Below, one piece after another: positions 27,646-37,340 of a DNA stretch of 64,000 nt (the first letter of the stretch is position 1; the number at the start of each line of letters is the position of its first letter). A model generated the notes under the pieces. That model had not been told where the DNA came from. It ran no database searches and saw nothing but the letters and a program-made list of their open reading frames with translations. The translations under genes were made by a program, and so were the position numbers. The stretch lies in assembly GCA_016187495.1 (NCBI GenBank), contig JACPJP010000012.1, positions 17,031-81,030 on the forward strand, in the 5' to 3' direction. This DNA comes from Candidatus Woesearchaeota archaeon. Lineage in GTDB: Archaea > Nanobdellota > Nanobdellia > Woesearchaeales > GW2011-AR4.

Positions 27646-28539
27646 TCAATCAAATTTTTCTTGTGCGTCTACTATTTCTTTTTTAAATTCGGCGTTAGGA
27701 TAATCAGAAGGGTTTATCTCAAATTCAGAATCTGCTATATCCTCATCAAAATAGAATCCTTCATAAACCCTTTCTATTTTATTTTCAATTTCTATACAAT
27801 TCCCTTGTGAACTTTCACCGCCAATTTCCGCAGAAACCTCACATTGAGTCGAGTAACTTTGAGATTCTTCTTTTAAAATTGCAAAATTATCGGTATCAAA
27901 CCAATAAGTAACAACTGTTTCTCTTGGCGTTTTCCCAATAGCTGTTTGTTTCTGCTTTGCTTCCTCGCTCATCAAAATTGTGACAACCGCTTTTATTGCA
28001 TCTTTTCCATTGTAATTCACTTTGGATGTTTCAACCTTGTATTTTGTCTCGTCAGTTATTTCCATAGGAACTTTCCATTTTTCTGCGCCTTTATTTATGA
28101 AATAACCACAATAAGTTGTCATTTCTGGAGGAAGATCAACATACTCGTATACACTCATTAAATCCGGGGTTATTTGAGAGTATGCTATATATCCATTACA
28201 TATATAGAAATTTTGTGAATTTTGACCATAAGCAAGACCAAAAACCTGCTTTATTTTATCTGGCTTTTTGAACATTTCAGTATATTCTTGTTTTTGATTC
28301 ATTGTTCCGTCTTCGTAACGCAATTCGGTTATAGTATATTTCAAGGTTGAAAAGGAGTTATATCTATCTTCGATTTTTTGATTGATTTCTTTCACAGATT
28401 CTTCTGTTACCGCACATCCGCTTACAAAAATAACCAAAGTTAATGTAAGCCCTATCAAAATTATTGGATTTGACAAGAATTTCGCACCAACCCCCGAACA
28501 AAAACCGTATGTGTTTAGCAGCCTTGAGGTCGAGCCCAT
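27646..28539 (-). CDS. Putative lipoprotein with a LolA-like fold (start may be TTG 28476)
   Basis: Hydrophobic signal ending VSGC; FKKPDK, ICNG, YWFD and IADSEFE resemble LolA-like proteins. Confidence 0.6.
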   Translation of the reverse strand: MGSTSRLLNTYGFCSGVGAKFLSNPIILIGLTLTLVIFVSGCAVTEESVKEINQKIEDRYNSFSTLKYTITELRYEDGTMNQKQEYTEMFKKPDKIKQVFGLAYGQNSQNFYICNGYIAYSQITPDLMSVYEYVDLPPEMTTYCGYFINKGAEKWKVPMEITDETKYKVETSKVNYNGKDAIKAVVTILMSEEAKQKQTAIGKTPRETVVTYWFDTDNFAILKEESQSYSTQCEVSAEIGGESSQGNCIEIENKIERVYEGFYFDEDIADSEFEINPSDYPNAEFKKEIVDAQEKFD

Positions 28540-28639
28540 TTGCTAAACACATTGAAGGAGGTCAGAGGGTTGGCTCCTACGGAGCATGACCGATACTTTT
28601 AGTAAACATGTACTGGGCTCGAAGCTGCTAAACACATAC
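28507..28639. other. Long imperfect hairpin element with alternative pairing (candidate cis-regulatory RNA or MITE)
   Basis: 16-bp perfect arms GTATGTGTTTAGCAGC (28507-28522) / GCTGCTAAACACATAC (28624-28639), with nested stems TCGAGCCCA/TGGGCTCGA, GGTCA/TGACC and GCTCC-tac-GGAGC. Confidence 0.7.
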
Positions 28640-28685
28640 ATTTTTAGTAATGCTTTTTAAATAATGGCATTTTTCCTAAGGTGGG

Positions 28686-30563
28686 ATGAAGGTTAAAGAC
28701 AATATAAAACTTGCAGCATTTGCCGGATTATCGGTAGGAATATTACATGGCCTAGTTGATATTACAGCCAGGCTTTCTGTCTGGAGCTTTGAATGGTTTG
28801 AGTTTTATCAGGCATTGCTACTGTCAATAACTGCTTTTACAGTTGGCTTTGTCATATTGGGAATTATAACTCAAATTGCTGTTAAATTATTGAAGCTGAA
28901 GTTCAACAAAGGAGCATACCTATCTTTTTACTTCAGCATAGCTATTATTGTCTTAGCACTATTTTATGTTGGCGTTATTGTTAATCGCATCCTACTTGTA
29001 GAGTATAGTATATTGAGCCCAATTAAACTTGCAGTCAACATACTTATTATAACCATTATGGGATTGATATTTACTCTTTCTTTAACTAAGGGGAGGAGTT
29101 TAGTTAATAACTTTATTTCCTTTTTCGGAAGGAAAAAAATTAGAACAGTAGTAAATGAACTGGTGTTCGGCGTGATTATTTTTATCGCCGTTTCATTATT
29201 CCTGGACATCTATTTGTTGAATTACATGCCTATAGGAAAAGATAACAATCAGTTGATGGAGCAGCCCAACATCGTGCTGGTCTCGCTAGATGCAGTAAGG
29301 GCAGACCATCTAAATATCTATGGCTACGAAGCAAATACCTCTCCAAACATAGACGCACTTGCGCAAAATTCCATAGTTTTTGAGAATGCAATAACTGTGA
29401 ATGTATGGTCCCTTTTATCCCATGCATCAATGTTAACGGGGAAATACGTATCTAATATTGATCCAGAGCATACGAACCAGGGCATAAATCCTGGGGAAAA
29501 TTCGCTTTCTGAAATATTAAGGAATAATGGCTATAATACTGCGGCCTTCGTATCCATTGGATGGATCAAGGCAAAATACGGATTTGGCCAGGGCTTTGAT
29601 ATATATAATGACAGAATGGATTTCTTTGAATATGTGCAGACATTTGACAGGTTTAGCATCAGAGAAGTAATCTTTGCCTTTTTCCCCCCGTATAAAAAGT
29701 TTTTTGATACTGATAAGGAAAGGACTGCAGAATCCACCAACAAATTAGCGTTTAAGTGGCTCGAAAAAAATAAGGACAAGCGTTTTTTTATGTTTTTGCA
29801 TTATGCTGATGCCCATTCGCTTTATGCTCCTATTGAAAAATTCAGAAAATTATTCACAAATGACTCACGCACTCATGAGGAGCTACAAGGCGAGATGGAG
29901 GGGGCAATCAAAAAAGTTGGGTACGGCCAAGTTGATAGAAATTTAGTTGATTCCGTGATAAAACTTTATGATGCTGAGATTTATAACGCTGATTTTGAAT
30001 TAAATAGGTTTATTAACAAGCTGGAAGAATTGGGTATTCAGGATAATACTATTGTTATTATTGTTGCAGATCATGGCGAAGAGTTTTATGAGCATGGATT
30101 ATTTAAGAAGCATGGAAGCACCTTGTATCAGGCAGCTGTGAATGTACCCTTAATAATCTATTACCCCAAGGAATTCGAGCCGAAGAGAGTTTCTGAGACT
30201 GTTGGGACTATTGATATTGTCCCTACAATTTTAGACATCTTAAATATTGATATTCCAGAGGACTTGGATGGTGTTAGCTTGCTGCCCTTAATTACCAATG
30301 AGGGGCAGTATAAAAGAGAATTCATTAAATCAGAGATCTTTGAAGCGCCAGGCACAGCATCAAAGGAACAAACAGCAGTTTATTATGGGACTTGGAAGCT
30401 GATAGAAGTCGAGGAAGAGTCAGAGGCATTGCCTTCCGGATTATATAACCTAAGGACAGACCCAAATGAGCAGAAAAATATGTATGATGTTTTTCCAAAT
30501 AAGAGGAAGGAATTGCAAAAATTTTTATATGAAAATCAGAATGGTCGGGAGGATATAAAATAA
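28686..30563 (+). CDS. Membrane-anchored sulfatase / alkaline-phosphatase superfamily protein
   Basis: Five N-terminal TM helices; PNIVLVSLDAVRADH, SHASMLTG, HYADAH, ADHGEEF and LYNLRTDPNEQ motifs. Confidence 0.88.
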   Translation: MKVKDNIKLAAFAGLSVGILHGLVDITARLSVWSFEWFEFYQALLLSITAFTVGFVILGIITQIAVKLLKLKFNKGAYLSFYFSIAIIVLALFYVGVIVNRILLVEYSILSPIKLAVNILIITIMGLIFTLSLTKGRSLVNNFISFFGRKKIRTVVNELVFGVIIFIAVSLFLDIYLLNYMPIGKDNNQLMEQPNIVLVSLDAVRADHLNIYGYEANTSPNIDALAQNSIVFENAITVNVWSLLSHASMLTGKYVSNIDPEHTNQGINPGENSLSEILRNNGYNTAAFVSIGWIKAKYGFGQGFDIYNDRMDFFEYVQTFDRFSIREVIFAFFPPYKKFFDTDKERTAESTNKLAFKWLEKNKDKRFFMFLHYADAHSLYAPIEKFRKLFTNDSRTHEELQGEMEGAIKKVGYGQVDRNLVDSVIKLYDAEIYNADFELNRFINKLEELGIQDNTIVIIVADHGEEFYEHGLFKKHGSTLYQAAVNVPLIIYYPKEFEPKRVSETVGTIDIVPTILDILNIDIPEDLDGVSLLPLITNEGQYKREFIKSEIFEAPGTASKEQTAVYYGTWKLIEVEEESEALPSGLYNLRTDPNEQKNMYDVFPNKRKELQKFLYENQNGREDIK

Positions 30564-30584
30564 TTATAAACTCCCTTTTTATAC

Positions 30585-31530
30585 TTATTTAATGTTGCTT
30601 ATTATATAAAAATCATCTGGAACGTTTCCATCTATATCTTTGAAGTAGCAATAAGCTTTGTTTTTGGTTTTATTTATGTCGAATATACAAAACAACGCGC
30701 CATAATTTACATCCTGCTCAGAGGTATAAACAGCCGCCCACCATGGTTTGGAAGCAATCTCATCAACTTGGTTGCGTATGCTTTTGCCCCCTAGGCCGGA
30801 TACAAATGCAAAGGTCTTGCCTTTTTCAATTTCCAAAGTATTTGAGGTAGAAGCAACAATTTGCTCCTCAAAATTTTCCATTAAATACGTTCTTGAGTAG
30901 GAATGCTCATGGCCTGTGGCTATTATTGCACCCCCTTTTCTGCATTCCTCATAAACATTCCATCCGGTCCCGTCAAGCTTACCTCCAACCTGCATTAATC
31001 TCTGGTTTTTATGCCAAGAGCATATTCTCCAACTAGAGTTATCTTTGGCAAGTTGCCTTTTGATGTAGAGGCTATGAAGAAACTGGGAAGGCAATACATT
31101 GAACCAATACCTCAATCTCCATGGAATAACCTCTGAAAGATTTTTTGGATACCCATATCTTTTAGTGCCAACACCGGATAAAATAAAAAACAAGCCCTTG
31201 TAAGTGCATGCAGAACTTACGCCCAAATCATCAAAGCATTCTGCGCCTTCTATTTTATCTAGCCTGTCCAATAATTTTTTTTGATATTGAGGCCAAGCAG
31301 CGAAATCATGATTCCCTATTGAGGCAAAATATGGAAAATTCGGGCCTAGAATCTCGTTAATCTGCTGATTCCATTTTTCCGGGTTATCTTCATAATCAAA
31401 ATCGCCTTGATGCATGACCATATCCACATTTTCATCTTTAATCAAATTAAGAACGGCTCTAGCATCGTTTCCTAATCCTTGGTCCCCTATGAAAGCAACT
31501 TTGAAGTTTGGCGATTTTTTTATTTCTCAT
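30585..31530 (-). CDS. Calcineurin-like metallophosphoesterase, 5' end disrupted or ambiguous
   Basis: GDFDY, GNHD and GHEHSY motifs. Motif I (VAFIGDQG) lies upstream of the called TTG at 31445. Confidence 0.75.
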
Positions 31531-31546
31531 TTCATCCTGATATTCT

Positions 31547-33034
31547 TCATCTCGATATTCTATTGTATATTATTTTTAACTCATCAATATCAACCACTTT
31601 CAATAGAAATAATAAGGCGAGATATGCAAGACCAGCTATGGCTAATACAAGGACGGCCTCGATCCAGGCATTTAACGCCAAAACCCACTTTAAGAATAAT
31701 ATTACAAAGACGAAAATTACCCCAGCTATTGATGTCTTTACCCATATTTTTACTGGAAATTTTATTTTAATATATTTTCTTATTTTAGCCACTCCAATGG
31801 CCATCATAATGAAATAGCTTACTGTCGTGGATATTGCAGCGCCCATGATGCCCCATACCGGTATCATAATAAAGTTAGCCACTAAATTGAATAATGCTGC
31901 TGAGTACACTATTAGGCTATTTACTTCAGGCTTTCCTATGCCCAAAAAGAAATCAATATTTACCGCATAGAGGACTGCAAATATCATGCCTATGCTCAAT
32001 ACCTTTAAGGCATTACTTGCAAGCACATACTCCTCTCCAAAAAGAATGTTTATAATCAAGTCTGAAAATGACAGAATCATGAAAACAAGAGGTATTATGA
32101 TAATTATTGTATACTTATAGAGAGACTCTATGCCTTCCCTGATTAATGCCTTTTCCTTCTTTGCCCAGAGTTCAGAGATCAATGGAAGCAGTATGCCTGT
32201 AATAGACCTTGGAAAATACATGAGGACTTTTGCTGTGGGCAGCGCCACATTATACAAAGCAACAGACGTTAGTCCGGAAAAATAAGTAAGGAGTATGGTG
32301 TCCGTGTATCCCAATATGACCATGCCTACTCCTCCTGACATTGCAAAAATGCTGTATCTTGAAATTTCCTTCATCAGTTTTCCTTCATAAACAAATTTTG
32401 ACTTCAGAAAACTCGGAAAAATTTTTTTTATTAATATGAACCCAAAAACTAATATTATAATTATCGTTGATATGACATACGCTATAACAGGGCCTAATAT
32501 GCCATAATTCATGCCTACCCCTACAAGTGTTATTGCTATTACAAGCAGCATCTTCACAGCATCAATGCCTGCAAAATATGCCATTTTTTTAAAGCCCTGG
32601 AACGCGAATTTCAGCACCAAAGCAAAGCTGTCCAAGAAAAAAGCTATTGCCATCAGCTTAAGGACAATGCCTGCCTGCGGGCTGCGGAAAAAATTTTGGC
32701 TTAAATAAGCAGAAAATAGATATATGCCAATTATTACTATTGTGTTTGTTAGCAGCTGTATGGCAGATACGTAAATAATCGAGCTTTTTATCTGGTCATA
32801 ATTTTTTTTATGCACAAATTCTGGAATAAACTTTGCCAGAGCCCTGTCAAACCCTAAGCTTTTGAAGACGCCAAACATACCAAGGAATGCGAAAACAGAA
32901 TAAAACAGCCCAAACTCTTCTAAAGTGAGGTTTCTGGCCAGAATGAATCTTGCAACATAGCCTAAAAATGCAGCCAGTATTGATATTATAAATACTGTTG
33001 CCGCCCCCTTGACTGCTAATTTTGTGTAGCTCAT
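31547..33034 (-). CDS. Wzx-type oligosaccharide flippase
   Basis: About 14 TM helices; LARNLTLEEFGLF, YTDTILL..VALYNVA and WGIMGAAIST motifs. Confidence 0.92.
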   Translation of the reverse strand: MSYTKLAVKGAATVFIISILAAFLGYVARFILARNLTLEEFGLFYSVFAFLGMFGVFKSLGFDRALAKFIPEFVHKKNYDQIKSSIIYVSAIQLLTNTIVIIGIYLFSAYLSQNFFRSPQAGIVLKLMAIAFFLDSFALVLKFAFQGFKKMAYFAGIDAVKMLLVIAITLVGVGMNYGILGPVIAYVISTIIIILVFGFILIKKIFPSFLKSKFVYEGKLMKEISRYSIFAMSGGVGMVILGYTDTILLTYFSGLTSVALYNVALPTAKVLMYFPRSITGILLPLISELWAKKEKALIREGIESLYKYTIIIIIPLVFMILSFSDLIINILFGEEYVLASNALKVLSIGMIFAVLYAVNIDFFLGIGKPEVNSLIVYSAALFNLVANFIMIPVWGIMGAAISTTVSYFIMMAIGVAKIRKYIKIKFPVKIWVKTSIAGVIFVFVILFLKWVLALNAWIEAVLVLAIAGLAYLALLFLLKVVDIDELKIIYNRISR

Positions 33035-33046
33035 TTTAACGGGAAT

Positions 33047-34513
33047 TTACGGGATTTGGTATATTACAATTTTGTCTTTTTCTGAACTTCCAAGCTCTTT
33101 TATTACTTCCCATTCTTTGGGTATACTCTTAATTTCATCGGGAAATTTTATATTTTTATTCGCTTCTTTCAGGTTCCTTATCATGTGTCGGTTTACCATA
33201 ACATATGAATCTTCAATTGCATCAAAATTTTCCGGGAATTCTTTCAGGCCCAGCAAATTTTTGAATCCTGAAATATAATTTAAGGCTTGTATCGACCTCG
33301 AGTCCGTATAAACCGTTTTGTTTAGGCTTTCCAATTCAGGATATGCCTGCCTTAAATTTGCCAATAGATTCCTGTCTTCCCTTAAATAAACAGTAACGAT
33401 GGATATTGACAGTAGCAATATCACAAGTATCGGGGCTAATCTTTTTACCATTGGCTTTTTCTCAGAAAGCAAAAATGACAACAGTAGTATTGCAGGCGTG
33501 GTTATGATTGAAGTGTACCGGTCCTTTGCGATGAATGGAATATAGTGAGCAAGGCTTGTTGAGCCGAAGCTTATATACGATAAAAGGGGTATTATCCACA
33601 TGATAGTTATGTATGCATCCCTTTTCTTTTTTATAATAGCATAAATTAGGGCTATGAAAATTGGGATGTAAAAATAAACAAGCAGGCTATTTGTCAAAAA
33701 CAGCCATGGGTAATGGAATAATCCTGTCGGAAAATCCAGCCTTCCGAAATAGTTATATTTGGCAACTGCATCTGCAAGGTATTGCTGGGAAGCGTGGAAC
33801 CTGAATAATTGGTTGCCAGTCAGGTTCAGAAATATTAAAGATTCCGTAATGATGACAGCCAAGACGCCTAATGGAACCAGAAGATGCGCTTTTCTTATTT
33901 TTCCTTTATAGAAAACAAGATATACAATAAAAAACAATGCTATCAAAAGTGCGGTTTCTCTTATCAAGTAGCCAATGCCTATAGAGATTCCTGCAAGAAA
34001 ATAGCCAATGCCGTATCTTATCTTCTTTATTTCGGAGTAGAGGAAAGCATAGACTCCTAAAGCCATGAAAAACGCTGAAGGAATGTCGGAATTCAGTTTT
34101 GTGGCATAAACAACATCCAGCGGGAAAAATGACAATAGGAAAGCTGCCATCAATCCTGTTTTTTCATTAAACAATAATTTCCCGAAATAGAATATTAGCA
34201 CAATATTTCCAATGGATGCCATTAAGACAAATAAAACCGAAGAAAAGTTATTTATTCCGAATAATTTGTAGGAAAATATTATAGGGTATATTAAGCCAAG
34301 CCTTGTTGATAAGGTTAAAGTGCTGTTTGGATCAATCCCTCTTCCTTCCAGAATGCTATATGCCGCTTTGCTATAAGCCAAGTCATCGGAGATTCCCATG
34401 CCTGAGAAAAATATTAAGCGCAAAATTAACCCAAAAATTACTATAAAGAAGAGCATAAGCTTGGCATTTTCCAATAATTTGCCTATTTTTTCATTTAACC
34501 CCATTTTCATCAA
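33047..34513 (-). CDS. GT-C (PMT/ArnT-like) glycosyltransferase
   Basis: SDDLAY acidic loop, TRLGL, multiple TM helices, KDRY and a soluble C-terminal domain. Confidence 0.8.
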   Translation of the reverse strand: MMKMGLNEKIGKLLENAKLMLFFIVIFGLILRLIFFSGMGISDDLAYSKAAYSILEGRGIDPNSTLTLSTRLGLIYPIIFSYKLFGINNFSSVLFVLMASIGNIVLIFYFGKLLFNEKTGLMAAFLLSFFPLDVVYATKLNSDIPSAFFMALGVYAFLYSEIKKIRYGIGYFLAGISIGIGYLIRETALLIALFFIVYLVFYKGKIRKAHLLVPLGVLAVIITESLIFLNLTGNQLFRFHASQQYLADAVAKYNYFGRLDFPTGLFHYPWLFLTNSLLVYFYIPIFIALIYAIIKKKRDAYITIMWIIPLLSYISFGSTSLAHYIPFIAKDRYTSIITTPAILLLSFLLSEKKPMVKRLAPILVILLLSISIVTVYLREDRNLLANLRQAYPELESLNKTVYTDSRSIQALNYISGFKNLLGLKEFPENFDAIEDSYVMVNRHMIRNLKEANKNIKFPDEIKSIPKEWEVIKELGSSEKDKIVIYQIP

Positions 34514-35466
34514 ACTCTAAATAGGTATTTTTCACTAAACAATTTAAATAATGCTTTATCTTCAACTTTTCTTATTTTTTGGACTGCCTTCCTTTTTTTA
34601 ATTATTAAATTAAAATTAAAAATTACCCATAATATTGAATATATTCTTGCAAATGCTTCCATAAACTTTAAAGTTAATGTATCCCTTACTATGGCAATAA
34701 ACCGCATTAATAAAGCATACGGAAGCAGTAAAACTATATCCTTTATTTCCAATGTTGTAAAAAATGTCCTTAACAGGTTCCTTTCCATCAAGAATGTAAG
34801 GTAATAAGGCTTGTGTATGCTTCTTGACGCTGATCCTAAATGGTACGCAATTGAGTCTGGAATGTAAAACACCTTATAGCCCAGCATCCTGAGCCTAAGC
34901 CCAAGATCAACATCCTCCCCATAGAAAAAATAGTCGTTGTCAAACAAATAGCCAAATTTGTCTATGACGTTTTTCCTTATAAGCCCTGTTCCAATATATG
35001 GAATCTCTATGTTCTTATTGCCTAATGCATCATCCTTGAAAGTTCCGGAATAAAAGGATCTTGAGAGCCATGTGCCGCCCAAATCTGCCTTATTTCTTTT
35101 GTAAAAATTTATATATTTGGGAGTAGCTTGCGCTACTTCTAAATTTGTGTCGAGAAAATCTACAAGCTTGTCGAGCATGTCTTTTTTTAATTCAACATCA
35201 CCGCCAGTAAAGAATATATATTCTGCTTTTGACTGCTTTATTGCGTGGTCATAGGCCGCAGTTCCAACATTCTTTTTTAGCTTAATTACTTTGATATTTT
35301 TGAATTTTTTCTTAACTTTTTCAGGGCTTCCATCTGTGGAGCCATTATCCACCAGAAATATGTCAAATTTATATTTTGTTTTTAGGCTTTTTATAGATCC
35401 AACTGTTTTAACAACAATATCGCCCCCATTAAGGGAAATAATGACAAAGGACACTTTAATTGTCAT
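34510..35466 (-). CDS. GT2 glycosyltransferase
   Basis: VDNGSTDGS and FFYGEDVDLGLR motifs (rhamnosyltransferase-like subfamily). Confidence 0.88.
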   Translation of the reverse strand: MTIKVSFVIISLNGGDIVVKTVGSIKSLKTKYKFDIFLVDNGSTDGSPEKVKKKFKNIKVIKLKKNVGTAAYDHAIKQSKAEYIFFTGGDVELKKDMLDKLVDFLDTNLEVAQATPKYINFYKRNKADLGGTWLSRSFYSGTFKDDALGNKNIEIPYIGTGLIRKNVIDKFGYLFDNDYFFYGEDVDLGLRLRMLGYKVFYIPDSIAYHLGSASRSIHKPYYLTFLMERNLLRTFFTTLEIKDIVLLLPYALLMRFIAIVRDTLTLKFMEAFARIYSILWVIFNFNLIIKKRKAVQKIRKVEDKALFKLFSEKYLFRV

Positions 35467-36376
35467 TTTTAAGTTCCTTTCCAAATTCCTTTATGCCCTG
35501 CTCAAAAGAATAATCTGGCTTAAAGCCAAAAATTTTATTGAAATCCGGGTCGTATGTAAACGTTATGTATTTCTGCTCCTTAAGCTTAGGCAGGTGCCTT
35601 ATTTTTACTTTTTTCCCAAACACCTTAGATACCCTTTCCACTGCTTCTTTTATGGTCATGTTTTCGAGCGCCAGATTGCATACAATATTGGATTTTTTTG
35701 ATTTTAAGCATGCAATCAGGGCTTTTATTGTATCTTTTATATACATCACATTAATGAGGTTGGTCCCATCGCCATATATTTCAATTTCTTTCTTGTGGTA
35801 CATGCAGACATCCTTTACCAGCTTTGTCATGAACTTGTTTTTAGAATATTTCCCAAAAGCGCCCCCGAACCTCAGGATTGCATAATCATCCACTCTGCCT
35901 ATTGAACGGTAGAACTTGACATACTGCTCTGCCATGAGCTTTGAAATGCAGTATGGAACAATAGGATGGAGCTTTGCATTTGCATCAACCTTCCCTTTCA
36001 ACCCATCATAAACGCCTGCAGTAGACATATACACAAGCCTTTTTATTTTACAGTTTTGCAGGGTGTTGAGTAAAGAGCCTATAGTAATTTCTATATCTTT
36101 CATAGGGTCTTTTTTTGATAATGGCACGTTAACATTTCCAGCCAGGAAAATGCAATACTCAAAATTATTTCCAATATTTTTGAATAATTCTTTTGCTTCA
36201 TTTCCATTAGTCAGATCACATTTATACAACTTTACATTTTCCAGCTTTTTCTCTTTGGCAAAATTTATTATATCCTTGGAGTTATTATAACTGCCAATTA
36301 TTTCAACGTCTTTTGGCGCGAGTTCAAGAAAATTTTTTCCAATAAATCCGGAAGCACCTGTAAGCAAAAGTTTCAT
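35456..36376 (-). CDS. NAD-dependent sugar epimerase/dehydratase
   Basis: TGASGFIG, STAGVY and YCISK motifs. Confidence 0.88.
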   Translation of the reverse strand: MKLLLTGASGFIGKNFLELAPKDVEIIGSYNNSKDIINFAKEKKLENVKLYKCDLTNGNEAKELFKNIGNNFEYCIFLAGNVNVPLSKKDPMKDIEITIGSLLNTLQNCKIKRLVYMSTAGVYDGLKGKVDANAKLHPIVPYCISKLMAEQYVKFYRSIGRVDDYAILRFGGAFGKYSKNKFMTKLVKDVCMYHKKEIEIYGDGTNLINVMYIKDTIKALIACLKSKKSNIVCNLALENMTIKEAVERVSKVFGKKVKIRHLPKLKEQKYITFTYDPDFNKIFGFKPDYSFEQGIKEFGKELKNDN

Positions 36377-36389
36377 TTTGATGATTATT

Positions 36390-37340
36390 CTAATGAGTCT
36401 TATACCAGTCTATAGTTTTTCCTATTCCCAGTTCCAGGGAAACTTTAGGGCTAAAGCCAAGAATTCTTTTTGCCTTTTCTATGCTTGGAACCCTTATGTT
36501 GACTTCAGGATACTTTAACTCCTTGAATTCTATTTTTGACTTTGAATTTGATATCCTTTTTACAGTTTCAGCAGTCTGCAGGGTAGTGGACGTCGCTTCA
36601 GGATTGCCTATATTAAAGACTTCGCCTTCTGACTTATCAGTTTCGAGTATTTTTTCAACAGCGTCAACAGCATCATCAACATAGCACCAAGACCTTATCT
36701 GGCTTCCAGGTTCGTGTATTATAATGGGCTCGTTTTTCAATGCCCTGACAATAAAGTTATGTATTGCGCCTTCTCCTATCTGCCTGGGTCCATAGACATT
36801 AAACGGCCTTACAGAAGTAAAATTGATGCCATATTCCCTTGAATAGCTGTCAGCAAGAAACTCAGAAGCAAGCTTTGACATCGCATATACCCATCTTGGC
36901 TTTCCTATCGGACCTAAAGTGGTCATGCCCGCTTCGTCTGCTTGGTAGACATTTGGACCATAGACTTCACTTGTTGAGAATACAATAAACCTTTTGATAT
37001 CTTTTTTCCTGCATGCTTCCAATGCATTGTAGCTCCCAAATAAGTTTATCTTTAATGTCGTAGAGGGCTTGCTTACAACAGTGGAAACCCCAGCTATCGC
37101 AGCCATATGGATGAAAACGTCTATCTCATCTATGCCTTTTTCCAGCGCATCAATATCAAGCACATCCCCCTTAATTAATTTAAGGTTTTTATTGTCCTTG
37201 TTTTTGCTGTATTCAAGGGCATTCCTGCTTAATGTATCAAATACTATAACCTCATTCTTGTCTATTATCTTGTCTATAAGATGGCTTCCTATAAAACCGG
37301 CTCCTCCGGTTATGAAAATTTTCTTTCCTTTAAGGGTCAT
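36390..37340 (-). CDS. NAD-dependent epimerase / UDP-uronate decarboxylase-like SDR
   Basis: TGGAGFIG, STSEVYG, RWVYAMSK and RPFNVYGPRQ motifs. Confidence 0.88.
   Translation of the reverse strand: MTLKGKKIFITGGAGFIGSHLIDKIIDKNEVIVFDTLSRNALEYSKNKDNKNLKLIKGDVLDIDALEKGIDEIDVFIHMAAIAGVSTVVSKPSTTLKINLFGSYNALEACRKKDIKRFIVFSTSEVYGPNVYQADEAGMTTLGPIGKPRWVYAMSKLASEFLADSYSREYGINFTSVRPFNVYGPRQIGEGAIHNFIVRALKNEPIIIHEPGSQIRSWCYVDDAVDAVEKILETDKSEGEVFNIGNPEATSTTLQTAETVKRISNSKSKIEFKELKYPEVNIRVPSIEKAKRILGFSPKVSLELGIGKTIDWYKTH

Noticed and set aside
28507-28639. SRP RNA or tRNA
   Set aside because: It lacks the SRP helix-8 GNRA tetraloop motif and the tRNA cloverleaf/T-loop, and is too short for archaeal 7S RNA.
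31527-31529. TGA recoding (selenocysteine or alternative genetic code)
   Set aside because: TGA is used as a normal stop in many ATGA gene overlaps in this window, and the position is not a catalytic Cys site.
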